Shown here in pieces: positions 26,269 through 35,970 of a stretch of DNA of 64,000 bases. Below the pieces are notes generated by a model. The model saw nothing but the letters and a program-made list of their open reading frames with translations, ran no database searches and was not told the origin of the DNA. The stretch is from a virus. Location of the stretch: positions 3,552 through 67,551 of the IMG/VR virus record IMGVR_UViG_3300018476_000014, one strand, 5' to 3'. Made by a program: the position numbers and the translations under genes. How positions within the stretch are numbered: position 1 is the stretch's first letter; each line of letters opens with the position of its first letter.

Positions 26269-26564
26269 GCGGGACCCTCAAAACCTACCGCAAGGCCGAC
26301 GTAGAGCGGCGACGGCTCTACCTCGACTATTCCTGCTGGCTCGAGGAGCTGGAGACGCTCACCGACTTCCAGGCGACGGTGTCGCCCTATGATGCCGACC
26401 AGCCGCTGTGGCTCGACGTCGCCTACCCCAATGCTGACCACACCAAGCTGGTGATGTTCGCGTCCGGCGGCATCGCCGGGCGGAGCTACACCGTGTCGAT
26501 GAAGGTGACGACGACGGCCGGCCAGGTGAAGAAAGACGATATCGGGATCATGGTGACGAAATGA
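26265..26564 (+). CDS. putative fibre-attachment/adaptor protein
   Basis: YLDYSCWL...[25 protein letters not shown]. Confidence 0.65.
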   Translation: MSGTLKTYRKADVERRRLYLDYSCWLEELETLTDFQATVSPYDADQPLWLDVAYPNADHTKLVMFASGGIAGRSYTVSMKVTTTAGQVKKDDIGIMVTK

Positions 26565-28204
26565 CTGTGCCGATGCTGTTTGCCAACAATGCGTCGTCGC
26601 GACTCTACGCGGCGATCGACGCCCTGACGACGTCGATCCGCACGCAGGCTGGCGAGGGTGCGAAGTTCCCGCAGCCAGCAGGCGACGGCTCAACCTATTT
26701 CATCATCACCGTCGAGGATCGGCGGTCTGGGCAGCTGGAGATCATGCGCTGCACTGGCCGTTCGGGGGATATCCTGAACGTCGTGCGGCACCAGGAAGGG
26801 ACGACCGCGCAGGCGTTCGAGCTTGGTGCGACGATATCTAACCGGCTTACCGCGGCGACCATGGATTTCCTCGCCCATGCCGGTGCTACCGGTCCGATGG
26901 GTCCGCAAGGTCCGCAGGGGGCGACCGGGCCGCAAGGGGAGAAAGGCGACACCGGCGCCACCGGCGCTGCCTCGACAGTGCCCGGACCGCCCGGTGCGAC
27001 AGGCCCGCAGGGTTCGCAGGGTCCGCAAGGGGCCACCGGCCCGCAGGGGCTGCAGGGAGTGCAGGGGGATCAGGGTGCGACAGGCCCAGCCGGACCGATC
27101 GGTCCCCAAGGGGTGAAGGGCGATACCGGGGCGACGGGGTCAACCGGTCCGGCTGGGCCGACAGGACCGTCCGGCGCCCAGGTCATGTCGATCGGCGACA
27201 ACCCGCCGGCGTCGCCCGTGGCCGGGCAGACCTGGTGGGAATCCGACACCGGCAACATGTTCGTCTACTACAACGACGGAAACTCCAGCCAATGGGTGCC
27301 GGCGCATGTCGGCGCAACGCCGGAAGGCGGCGGTACCGGAGGGATTCCGGAAGCACCGACGGATGGCCAGCTCTATTCGCGCAAAGGCTCGGATGCGTCC
27401 TGGGTCGTGTCGCCGTCGGGCGGGGGCAGTGGGTCGACGGCGTGGGCCGACATTACCGGCAAGCCAAGCACGTTCCCGCCGACGGTCCCGATCGCGCAGT
27501 CCGACATCACTGGCCTGGTCGCCGGACAAGCGGCGCAGGACACGGCGATTTCGGGCAAAGCGGCGTCTGTCCATACGCACGCGCAGAGCGACATCACCGG
27601 GCTCGTCGCCGGGCAAGCGGCGCAGGACACAGCGATCTCCGGCAAGGCTGCGGCCGTCCATACGCACGCACAGAGCGATATCACCGGACTGGTCACTGCG
27701 CTCTCCAGTAAGGAGCCGTCGATCGCCGGCGGCACCACGGCGCAGTACTGGCGTGGCGACAAGGCATGGGCCACGCTCGACAAGGCAGCGGTGGGCTTAA
27801 GCAACGTCGACAACACCGCCGACACCGCCAAGCCGGTGTCGACGGCGCAGGCGACAGCCGATGCGTTGAAGGTGGCCAAGGCCGGCGACACCATGACCGG
27901 GCCGCTGGTGATGCCGAACAGCGGCACCGCCGGTGCCACCTCGATCAACTTCGGCTCGGCGACTGTCGGTCTCTATGGCAATGCGTCGGCGATCATGATG
28001 TCGGTCGGCGGTACGCAGCGCTTCGCGATCAGCGCAACATCGATCGCCGCAGCGCTGGCTATCTCCCTGCCGGGCGATCCGACATCGGCGCTGCAAGCCG
28101 CGCCCAAGCAGTACATCGACGCCAAGATCGTCAACAAGCTCACCGTCGCCAACACTGCGCCGTCGAGCCCCGCCGTCAACGACATCTGGGTGGACACGAC
28201 ATGA
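26561..28204 (+). CDS. tail fibre protein with collagen-like repeats
   Basis: N-terminal [10 protein letters not shown]...[22 protein letters not shown] anchor, Gly-X-Y run, [11 protein letters not shown] repeats, [19 protein letters not shown]. Confidence 0.85.
   Translation: MTVPMLFANNASSRLYAAIDALTTSIRTQAGEGAKFPQPAGDGSTYFIITVEDRRSGQLEIMRCTGRSGDILNVVRHQEGTTAQAFELGATISNRLTAATMDFLAHAGATGPMGPQGPQGATGPQGEKGDTGATGAASTVPGPPGATGPQGSQGPQGATGPQGLQGVQGDQGATGPAGPIGPQGVKGDTGATGSTGPAGPTGPSGAQVMSIGDNPPASPVAGQTWWESDTGNMFVYYNDGNSSQWVPAHVGATPEGGGTGGIPEAPTDGQLYSRKGSDASWVVSPSGGGSGSTAWADITGKPSTFPPTVPIAQSDITGLVAGQAAQDTAISGKAASVHTHAQSDITGLVAGQAAQDTAISGKAAAVHTHAQSDITGLVTALSSKEPSIAGGTTAQYWRGDKAWATLDKAAVGLSNVDNTADTAKPVSTAQATADALKVAKAGDTMTGPLVMPNSGTAGATSINFGSATVGLYGNASAIMMSVGGTQRFAISATSIAAALAISLPGDPTSALQAAPKQYIDAKIVNKLTVANTAPSSPAVNDIWVDTT
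26882..27175 (+). repeat. collagen-like (Gly-X-Y)n region
   Basis: [28 protein letters not shown]...GPTGPSG. Confidence 0.9.
27494..27693 (+). repeat. 87-nt (29-aa) tandem repeat, about 2.3 copies
   Basis: [29 protein letters not shown] repeated. Confidence 0.8.
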
Positions 28205-28998
28205 AGGTCTGGTCTGGATCAGCGTGGGCGGAAAAGCCGGTCAAGGTCTGGTCCGGTTCCGCTTGGGTTACGAAGCCGACCAAGGTGTGGAACGGCTCGG
28301 CGTGGGTCGTTAAGCCCGCCGTCGGCGGCGGCGCCATAGCGCTGGTCGGCGCGGTGCAGCGCGGCACGCAGTCTTATCCAGGCTCGAACAACTACAATTT
28401 CACCGTCGACGTTGGCTCTGGCGCGGGGCGTAAGATCGGCGTCCTGGCGGTGGCGTCTCACCAAGGAACGACGGGCATCAGTGCCTGCACCCTCGATCCA
28501 GCTGGCGCGAACGTCGCGCTGACCGTCGCCGACACTATGGGCGGCGGTCTGGGTGGCGGCGGCGCAGCGGCGTTCTACGGCAATGTCCCTGACGCGGTCA
28601 CCGGCTCTAAGACAATCAGGATTGTCGTCAACGAAGACTGGGCCAACATGTGCGCTTTCCAGATGCATATCCTGACGGGCGCGACCTTCCACGGAGGTGA
28701 CGCCAACTCCGACGCGTCATCTCCCAACAATGCGAATGTCGCCATCGCTTCTATCCCGGCAGGTTCGTTCATCGGCGCTCTCGGCATCACGCTCGACACC
28801 ACGTCCTACGACAACAACGGTCCGTTCCCGGTTGGCGACACGCCGGTTTATGCGGAGGCGACCGATCAGGGCTTCCAGTATGGCAGCTCCTACGTTCTCA
28901 ACAGCGTCGGCGGTAGCATTTCCGGGTTGACGCTCCGCAACGGCACAACGGCCTCGAATGTCGCCAATGCCATCGCAGCAATAGCGTGGAAGCCCTGA
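28201..28998 (+). CDS. putative receptor-binding/fibre tip protein
   Basis: Start at 28201 (ATGA overlap); N-terminal triple repeat KVW(S/N)GSAW; beta-rich body. Confidence 0.75.
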   Translation: MKVWSGSAWAEKPVKVWSGSAWVTKPTKVWNGSAWVVKPAVGGGAIALVGAVQRGTQSYPGSNNYNFTVDVGSGAGRKIGVLAVASHQGTTGISACTLDPAGANVALTVADTMGGGLGGGGAAAFYGNVPDAVTGSKTIRIVVNEDWANMCAFQMHILTGATFHGGDANSDASSPNNANVAIASIPAGSFIGALGITLDTTSYDNNGPFPVGDTPVYAEATDQGFQYGSSYVLNSVGGSISGLTLRNGTTASNVANAIAAIAWKP

Positions 28999-30059
28999 TG
29001 TACGATTTTCCCGCAAGCCCCACCGAGAACCAACAGTTCATCCCGCCCGTCGGTGGCCAGACATACGTCTACAAATCGCCACGTTGGCTGGTGAAGGGCA
29101 TCCCGCCAGTGGGCGGCGGCGGTTCCGGCGGGGGTATCGAGGAAGCGCCAACGGACGGCCAGCAGTACGCCCGCGAAGACGCCAACTGGACGGTGGTCGA
29201 GCCCGGTATTTCCGACTGGGCGGATATCACTGGCAAGCCAACGACGTTCCCACCAGAACTGCCGATTGCGCAGACCGGCGTTACCAACCTGGTCAGTGAC
29301 CTGCTGCTCAAGGCGCCGCTGGTCTCTCCTGCGTTCACCGGCGTCCCTGTGGCGCCGACACCAGCGACGGGCACCAATACCACTCAGATCGCCACGGCTG
29401 CCTTCGTCAAGGCGCAGGGCTACCTGACAGGGGCACCGATAGACGGCTTCACCTATGGCCGGCAGAGCGGCAACTGGGTAGCCGTCGTCGACCAGGTTTC
29501 CTACACGGCCACCCTCAACGATCTGTGGGCGGCCGACTCGGCCCTCGAAGGTTCGGTTGCTGCGCTCACCGGCCGGGTCACCAGCCTCGAGACGGCGGGC
29601 TACATCAGCGACGCGCCGAACAACGGCCAGCAGTACGCCCGGCAGAATGCTGGCTGGGCTGTGGTGAGTGTCGCCGCTCCGGCGTGGACCGACATTACCG
29701 GCAAGCCCTCCACGTTCCCGCCCTCCACGCACAGCCACCCGCAGAGCGAGGTGACGAACCTCGTCACTGATCTGGCCGCCAAGGCACCACTGGCATCCCC
29801 GGCATTGACTGGTAACCCGACGGCGCCGACGCCGACTGCCGGCGACAACGACACCAGCGTGGCGACGACGGCGTTTGTCGTGGCGGCGATCACCGCGGCG
29901 CTCAGCGCTTTCGCCGGCGGAGCGTATGTCAGCGACACTGCGCCGGTCAGCCCGACGAATGGCGCGCTGTGGTGGGATTCATCGACCGGAGGTCTGTACA
30001 TCTATTACAACGACGGCACGAGTTCGCAGTGGGTGCAGGTGAACGGGGTGTCGGCCTGA
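28998..30059 (+). CDS. tail fibre/branch protein
   Basis: MYDFPASP start; APxDGxxYxR four times, WxDITGKPxTFPP twice, KAPLxSPA...ATxAFV twice; C-terminal WWDSSTG..YYNDGTSSQWV. Confidence 0.8.
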   Translation: MYDFPASPTENQQFIPPVGGQTYVYKSPRWLVKGIPPVGGGGSGGGIEEAPTDGQQYAREDANWTVVEPGISDWADITGKPTTFPPELPIAQTGVTNLVSDLLLKAPLVSPAFTGVPVAPTPATGTNTTQIATAAFVKAQGYLTGAPIDGFTYGRQSGNWVAVVDQVSYTATLNDLWAADSALEGSVAALTGRVTSLETAGYISDAPNNGQQYARQNAGWAVVSVAAPAWTDITGKPSTFPPSTHSHPQSEVTNLVTDLAAKAPLASPALTGNPTAPTPTAGDNDTSVATTAFVVAAITAALSAFAGGAYVSDTAPVSPTNGALWWDSSTGGLYIYYNDGTSSQWVQVNGVSA

Positions 30060-31204
30060 TGGGCATCAACTTCCCCTCCTCACCGGCGGCAGGTCAGGTC
30101 TTCTGGCAGGGCAACACGCCGGCGTGGGTTTTTGGTTCGGGGCGCTGGAAGCGCTACGCGGGCACGGCGGACACCAAGAACCGCCTGGTCAATCCGGCGA
30201 TGCAGATCTCCCAGGAAAACGGCCTGACGGATGTGATCATCGCTGGAGTTCACATAGCCGATAATTGGCGGTCGGCGCTGACGACGGATACCGGGGTTTT
30301 CCGTTTCCAGCGCGTTGCTTCGCCCACCCCAGCGGGGGCGCTGCACAGGCTTCGACTGACGGTGACGACCCCAGATTCGAATCCTGGCGGTGCTGACTGG
30401 ATGGCGCTTTACCAGCCGGTCGAAGGCACCCGGGTGGCAGATCTTGGCTATGGGACGGCCGCTGCCAAACGGGCGGTTGTTCGTTTCGGCTTCAAGGGAC
30501 CGGCGGGGACTTACGCCTTCGGCATTCGCAACACCGCTGTCGATCGCTCGTTTGTTAGCCCGTTCACTGTCACGGCTGGTCAGGCCAACACCGACCTGCG
30601 CTACACCATTTCGATCCCACCCTGCGTCGACGGCACTTGGGCGAATGACACTGAGGCGTGGGGCTTCTTGACTTGGGACCTTGGTGAGGCGGGTGGCACA
30701 AGCAACCCCAACACATGGCTATCAGGCAATTGGACCGGCTATAGCGGCATGACCAACGGCATGACGAAGGCTGCTGGCACGGTCTTCGAGCTGTTCGACG
30801 TTGGTTTTTATGCCGACCCCTACAATACTGGCCTGGCGCCGCATTTCTACGTGCCGCTCTACGAAGACGATCTGCGCGATTGCCAGCGCTATTGGTACCG
30901 AGCCTATGGAATGCGCGGCCACATCAGCACAACGCTGAAGTCCGATCGTCTCTCATCACCACATCCCGTTCCCATGCGGACTACTCCTTATGGGTTTGCC
31001 TTGGTTGGGAGCGGCTTGTTGATCTACGACGGGAACGGCACGTACGCCCCGTCGGCGACATATGGATTGCTGGCCGGAACCGACGAGCTTTTTCTCTACT
31101 GCTTCATATACATAGGAACCGGGCCCATGAACATCGGTCGGGTTGGCGGACCGCTGGTCAATGCGCAGACTGCCGCTTACCTCGCTGTGAATGCGAGGCT
31201 CTAA
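30059..31204 (+). CDS. putative receptor-binding protein, paralogue 1
   Basis: MGINFPSSP; NRLVNPAMQISQENG; CQRYW; ends VNARL. Confidence 0.75.
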   Translation: MGINFPSSPAAGQVFWQGNTPAWVFGSGRWKRYAGTADTKNRLVNPAMQISQENGLTDVIIAGVHIADNWRSALTTDTGVFRFQRVASPTPAGALHRLRLTVTTPDSNPGGADWMALYQPVEGTRVADLGYGTAAAKRAVVRFGFKGPAGTYAFGIRNTAVDRSFVSPFTVTAGQANTDLRYTISIPPCVDGTWANDTEAWGFLTWDLGEAGGTSNPNTWLSGNWTGYSGMTNGMTKAAGTVFELFDVGFYADPYNTGLAPHFYVPLYEDDLRDCQRYWYRAYGMRGHISTTLKSDRLSSPHPVPMRTTPYGFALVGSGLLIYDGNGTYAPSATYGLLAGTDELFLYCFIYIGTGPMNIGRVGGPLVNAQTAAYLAVNARL

Positions 31205-32349
31205 TGGCGATGGATTTCCCCTCCTCGCCCACTGAACGCCAGGTGTTCAACGCCGCGCCTGGGGTGTCCTACGAATACTTCTCAGGGGTGTGGCGTCCGG
31301 CGCCGATGAAGACCGCGCTGCCGAAGAACTACGTCGTCAACCCGTCGATGCAGATCAGCCAGGAGATTGGCGATACCATCATCAGCCCCGGCGCGGGCGT
31401 CGCCGGTTCCTGCTATCCCGCTGACCAGTGGGTGCTTTACCACGCAGCCATTCCGGGGGCGTCGATCGCGACGCTCGGGCAATCCATCCACGTCAACAAC
31501 ATCAATCGCTGGGTTCAGTTCTATACCAACAACGGTCCGCTCACGGTCAACGCTGGCGACTACGCACAGTGCCGGCAGTATATCGAGGGGCAGCGCTGCG
31601 CCGATTTCAAATGGGGCACGGCGGACGCCGTGGACCTTGTGCTCAGGTTCGATTTCCTGGGGGTTAGCGGGCAGGTATACCACGTCGGCGTCTACACGCC
31701 GGACTTCTACTACCTCCAGAAATTCAGTGGAGTTGGTTACCAGACCGCTAGTTTCGCCATCCCCGGCTGTACCACGGGGACGTTCAACACTGGCGCGTCG
31801 ACCTATGGGGTGTTCATCAATTTCAACTGCCTCGCCGGGACGACGTACCAGGACTCGCAATTCAATCTGGGCAAATGGCGCGCATGGCCCCCCAAGTATG
31901 GCAGCACGGTCAGCACTTCGTTCATCCAGGGCACTGCCTCGAGCTTCCAGTTTTCCAATGTCGGCCTCTACCTCGACCCCTTCAAAACGGGGGTGGCGCC
32001 GCCCTACGAGCACCCGGACATCTTCGAGGAGCTGCGCCGCTGCCAGCGCTACTATGCGAAGCTCTACGGCATGCGCGGCTGGATGCTTGCTTCGAACCAA
32101 GTCATTCGGCCCTCGCAGCAGCTGCCAGCGCCGATGCGCATCGCGCCGGCACTCTCGATGGCTGGAGCGCCGCAATGGTATGACGGGACGGCGAGCGCTC
32201 TCGCTTCGGCGACTGTCGCCTTCAACGGGTCCAACGAGTTCGTTGCCGAGCTTAACGGCACCGCCGCAGCCGGGCTGACAGGGAATCGTCCGGCGGTCCA
32301 GTTCTGGAACAGCGACGCCAATTACTGGGCCGCGAACGCGAGGATGTGA
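31204..32349 (+). CDS. putative receptor-binding protein, paralogue 2
   Basis: MAMDFPSSP; NYVVNPSMQISQEIG; CQRYY; ends ANARM. Confidence 0.75.
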   Translation: MAMDFPSSPTERQVFNAAPGVSYEYFSGVWRPAPMKTALPKNYVVNPSMQISQEIGDTIISPGAGVAGSCYPADQWVLYHAAIPGASIATLGQSIHVNNINRWVQFYTNNGPLTVNAGDYAQCRQYIEGQRCADFKWGTADAVDLVLRFDFLGVSGQVYHVGVYTPDFYYLQKFSGVGYQTASFAIPGCTTGTFNTGASTYGVFINFNCLAGTTYQDSQFNLGKWRAWPPKYGSTVSTSFIQGTASSFQFSNVGLYLDPFKTGVAPPYEHPDIFEELRRCQRYYAKLYGMRGWMLASNQVIRPSQQLPAPMRIAPALSMAGAPQWYDGTASALASATVAFNGSNEFVAELNGTAAAGLTGNRPAVQFWNSDANYWAANARM

Positions 32350-33488
32350 TGGCGATCGACTTCCCCGACACCCCGGTCAACAACCAGATAAAAATTATCG
32401 GTACGGATTTGACGTATACCTACAACGCCGCGAAAAAAGTGTGGGCAGCGGCAAAATCAGCGGTGTGCGAGCCGCAGAACTACATCCTCAACCCATGTTT
32501 TCAGAGCAGCCAGGAGAACGGCGACGCCGTGATGTCGGTCAGCACCTGCGTGCTGGATGCCTGGTGGCTACAAACTTCCACATCGTCTTGCAGCGCCCAA
32601 AGAGTCGCGGCGGTCAGCCCGCCCAACGCATCGAAATATGCTTTGCAGATGTCTGTCCTGACGCCGATCGCAAGCGCGGCTGCAGGGGATTATGCGTCCC
32701 TCTATCAGTTCATCGAAGGGCAATGGATTCAGAATTTCTTCCAGGGCACAGCGTACGCCAAATATGCGGTTCTCCGGTTCTGGGTGAAAGCGTCCCACGC
32801 AGGAACTTATGGCGGCGCGCTGCGGTCGATGGGAACGGCGCGATCGTATCCGTTCGCCTACACGATCTCGTCAGGCCAGGTGAACACTTGGGTAATGGTA
32901 CAGATCAACATCCCCGGAGATACCGGCGGGACCGCTACCAACTGGCCCAAGGACAACACCTACTGCGCCATTCTCTGGTTCACCTTCTTCGCCGGCACAA
33001 ACTGGCGGGCTACCCCCAGCACCTGGGCAGTGAGCAACGCCATCGCGCCAACGGGCATCAACGCGGTGCTGCCGTCAGGCGGTGTTTTCCAGATTGCTGA
33101 CGTTGGCTTTTACCGGGACTCGCTTCTCGCGCAGAACGCTCCGCGCTGGGTGCCACCGGATGACTTGCTCTCCAGGCGGCAGGCGATGCGCTACTGGTAC
33201 AAGGCCAAGCTGATGAACGGGGCTTCCAACACCTCGACCCTGGCTGGGCGCATGGGCATGCCGCACCCCGTCGCGATGCGCGCCGTCCCGGCGCAGGCAG
33301 AAATAGGAACCATGACGGTCTCCGACATGAGTCCGCCTGTCGGCGTTTCAGCGGTCACGGCAGTGGGCAACAGCTTTTGCGGTGAGTCCAATATAACGAC
33401 CGCCAGCGGCCTGACGGTTGGCAATGCCGCCACGTTCACCAACCCCGGCAGCAGCAGCGCGAATTACATCGCCATGAATGCGAGGTGA
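32349..33488 (+). CDS. putative receptor-binding protein, paralogue 3
   Basis: MAIDFPDTP; NYILNPCFQSSQENG; AMRYW; ends MNAR. Confidence 0.75.
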   Translation: MAIDFPDTPVNNQIKIIGTDLTYTYNAAKKVWAAAKSAVCEPQNYILNPCFQSSQENGDAVMSVSTCVLDAWWLQTSTSSCSAQRVAAVSPPNASKYALQMSVLTPIASAAAGDYASLYQFIEGQWIQNFFQGTAYAKYAVLRFWVKASHAGTYGGALRSMGTARSYPFAYTISSGQVNTWVMVQINIPGDTGGTATNWPKDNTYCAILWFTFFAGTNWRATPSTWAVSNAIAPTGINAVLPSGGVFQIADVGFYRDSLLAQNAPRWVPPDDLLSRRQAMRYWYKAKLMNGASNTSTLAGRMGMPHPVAMRAVPAQAEIGTMTVSDMSPPVGVSAVTAVGNSFCGESNITTASGLTVGNAATFTNPGSSSANYIAMNAR

Positions 33489-33775
33489 GCATGTTCGTTT
33501 CCGCAAAATACGCCACTCCCGATCTCACCGATCCAACGGTTGATCCACATGCTGCGATCAAGCCGGTGCTGGCGACCGACGAGAAGGGGACGGTGTGGTC
33601 GCTGATGGAAGATTCACAGCTTGGTGACTGGCTGCGCTACAAGGAAGAGGGTGGGACGATAGCCCCGGCAGATCAACCGGCGACGTCCGAGGCGCCATCC
33701 GAGGACGACCCTATGCCTGAAACGGAGTTCGACGGCTTCCAACCGAACAAAGATGACGTTTCCACCGTCGTGTGA
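33485..33775 (+). CDS. putative tail-fibre assembly chaperone
   Basis: Small acidic ORF after the fibres; WLRYKEEGGTIAPA. Confidence 0.5.
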   Translation: MSMFVSAKYATPDLTDPTVDPHAAIKPVLATDEKGTVWSLMEDSQLGDWLRYKEEGGTIAPADQPATSEAPSEDDPMPETEFDGFQPNKDDVSTVV

Positions 33776-34719
33776 AGGACACCAGCATGGATGTTTCCGT
33801 TACCCCCTACGCACCGTCTCCCGGCTCCGTCGTCGCCGGGAACCTTTACGCCGATCTGCAGTCGCGCACGCTGTGGCTTGGCGTCAACCCGGCGGTCGAT
33901 GCGAGCGGCGCCGTGCTCATCGCTGACATCCTGGGACTGCAGGACCAGATGGATGACGTCACGGCGGAAGCCCACGCATATACCGACACCCAGATCCTTA
34001 CCCGTGCGCCGACCGTGCACACCCACCCAGCGGCGCAGATCACCGATTTCACTTCCGCCGTGACTGGCGTCGTCGCGGCCATTCCGGGGTTCAACTGGAT
34101 TCGCGGAATGATCATGATGTACTCCGGCTCGCTGGCCGAGATCGGCGTCGGCAACCTCGCTGGCTGGGCGCTCTGCGATGGCTCGAACGGCACGCCGGAT
34201 CTGCGCGACCGCTTCGTCATTGGGGCTGGCAACAAGCCGGTTGGCAACAAGAACACACCAGCCAATTTCCTCACCGACTTGCAGGGCGCTCACGCTCACA
34301 CCAATGACCCCACGACGCTGACGCTGGCGCAGATTCCGTCGCACAGCCATACGGTGAGCGCCTCGGGGTCGTTCAGCGGCACGACCGGCAGCAACAACAC
34401 CGATCACAGCCATGCGGCCTACTCCGGTGCGTTCGTCGTGACGGGCTCTGCCGGTGGCGGCTATCAGGGCCGCGCCCATTCGGGCGGCGATGGCGGCCTC
34501 CTCTACGCCCCCAGCGTCTCGACTGGCACCATGAGCGCCTACCACCAACACGCCTTTAGCGGGTCGGTCGCCGTCGACGGCACTGCGGCGGCGGCCGGCA
34601 GCGGTGGCTCGCACACCCATGCCATGCAGTCGGCCGGTTCGCACCAGCACACCATCCTGGCGACGGCTGTCCGCGAGGCGGTCGCCTACTACGCACTCGC
34701 TCTCATTATGAAACTTTAA
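33772..34719 (+). CDS. tail collar-domain fibre protein
   Basis: GMIMMYSG...GWALCDGSNGTPDLRDRFVIGAG, HxH repeats, YYALALIMKL. Confidence 0.85.
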   Translation: MKDTSMDVSVTPYAPSPGSVVAGNLYADLQSRTLWLGVNPAVDASGAVLIADILGLQDQMDDVTAEAHAYTDTQILTRAPTVHTHPAAQITDFTSAVTGVVAAIPGFNWIRGMIMMYSGSLAEIGVGNLAGWALCDGSNGTPDLRDRFVIGAGNKPVGNKNTPANFLTDLQGAHAHTNDPTTLTLAQIPSHSHTVSASGSFSGTTGSNNTDHSHAAYSGAFVVTGSAGGGYQGRAHSGGDGGLLYAPSVSTGTMSAYHQHAFSGSVAVDGTAAAAGSGGSHTHAMQSAGSHQHTILATAVREAVAYYALALIMKL

Positions 34720-34729
34720 GGAGGGGGCC

Positions 34730-35647
34730 ATGGGCCGTTCACAGAGACACAAAGTCATCATCCAGAACACCGACAGCGCCGGCAAGGGCTTGTCCGAGAA
34801 GCAGCCGGCGCCGCGCTACATCAACCAGTTCGCCAATTCACAGGCGTTCTCGGTACCGACAGGCCCGACCGGCGGACCGCTCAAGGGTTCGTCCATGGCC
34901 GGCTTTCCGCCGACGCTGATCCCGCTGCCCGGTGTCATGTCCGAGCGCGACGTAGAGCTTCATGCGGCAGGAGAATTCTCTGACCCAGGGCAGTTCAACC
35001 TCTCCGGTAATCCAATCTACACTTCGCTGCCAGAAGCTAGTGCGCCGTTACCACCAAACCCGGAACCCCCCGGCGAGGGGATAACCTTGCTGGCGCTGGC
35101 ACCCAACAGCCTTGGTGTCGATTACCCGCCGCTGACCATTCACATCTACGGCACCCACTTCACCGAGGACGCGGTGCTCGTCACCGATTTCTGGTCGACG
35201 GACACCGAGTTCATTGACGACACTCACCTGGCGTTCCTGCTCGATCCCGAAGGCGCAGAGCCTGGTCCTATCGAGATGCATATCGAGCAGGGCATCTTCG
35301 TGACTGAGTCAAAGACCTTCACCTTCCTGGCACCGGGAGAGCCGCCGGCGCGCGGGTCGAGTGGCACCACCAACGACCCAGCCGAGGAGCGGCGCTTCCC
35401 GATCGGTCCGTTCGGCGTCGTCAAGATCGACAAGACCGGCGAGTCGCTGAAGATCACGCTGACCAGTACTGGCGTGCAGGCAGGCGATTTTGTCCGCATT
35501 GAGGCAACCAGCCGCAGCGAGCTGAACGGCGACTACCGCGTCGACAACACCGAAGGCTCGGTGATCGTGGTGCGCGCACCGGACATCGAACTCTTGCAGG
35601 CGATCACCAATCGCGGCCGGGTGACGATCATCGCTGGAGGTGAGTGA
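34730..35647 (+). CDS. putative virion protein with IPT/Ig-like domain
   Basis: TLLALAPNSL...TIHIYGTHFTEDAVL...TEFIDDTHL; N-terminal RSQRHK. Confidence 0.65.
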   Translation: MGRSQRHKVIIQNTDSAGKGLSEKQPAPRYINQFANSQAFSVPTGPTGGPLKGSSMAGFPPTLIPLPGVMSERDVELHAAGEFSDPGQFNLSGNPIYTSLPEASAPLPPNPEPPGEGITLLALAPNSLGVDYPPLTIHIYGTHFTEDAVLVTDFWSTDTEFIDDTHLAFLLDPEGAEPGPIEMHIEQGIFVTESKTFTFLAPGEPPARGSSGTTNDPAEERRFPIGPFGVVKIDKTGESLKITLTSTGVQAGDFVRIEATSRSELNGDYRVDNTEGSVIVVRAPDIELLQAITNRGRVTIIAGGE

Positions 35648-35970
35648 TGCCAACACGCTCGCAGCGCCACAAGCAGGAGTTCCAGGGCTACCGGTCTCCG
35701 GCGATCACGGCGATCAACCCTGACACGGCGTCGATCGCTGCGGCTGGCGCTGTCGGCCGTACGGTAGCAACCATGTCGGTGGCGGGTGGGACACCACCCA
35801 TCACCTATGCGGTGACTGCTGGCGGTGGGTTGTCTGCTGCCATGAGTGGCAACCTCCTGCAGACGACGGTCAATCCCTGCGGCACAGCCGGCGTGAAGAC
35901 GGTGAGCATCTCGGCCACCGACCCTTGGGGGCAGACCAAGACTGAGACCATAGCGGTGACGGTGACCTGA
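35647..35970 (+). CDS. small Ig/cadherin-like virion protein
   Basis: PAITAINP...GGTPPITY...VSISATD...IAVTVT; N-terminal RSQRHK. Confidence 0.65.
   Translation: MPTRSQRHKQEFQGYRSPAITAINPDTASIAAAGAVGRTVATMSVAGGTPPITYAVTAGGGLSAAMSGNLLQTTVNPCGTAGVKTVSISATDPWGQTKTETIAVTVT

Noticed and set aside
27766-31203. Long N-terminal extensions given by the ORF track for the ORFs starting at 27766, 29969 and 30880
   Set aside because: Coupled starts at 28201, 30059 and 31204 match the shared N-terminal motifs, and the extensions overlap upstream genes.
30059-34719. Diversity-generating retroelement or shufflon acting on fibre genes
   Set aside because: I saw no reverse transcriptase, no template/variable repeat pair differing at adenines, and no invertase or inverted crossover sites.
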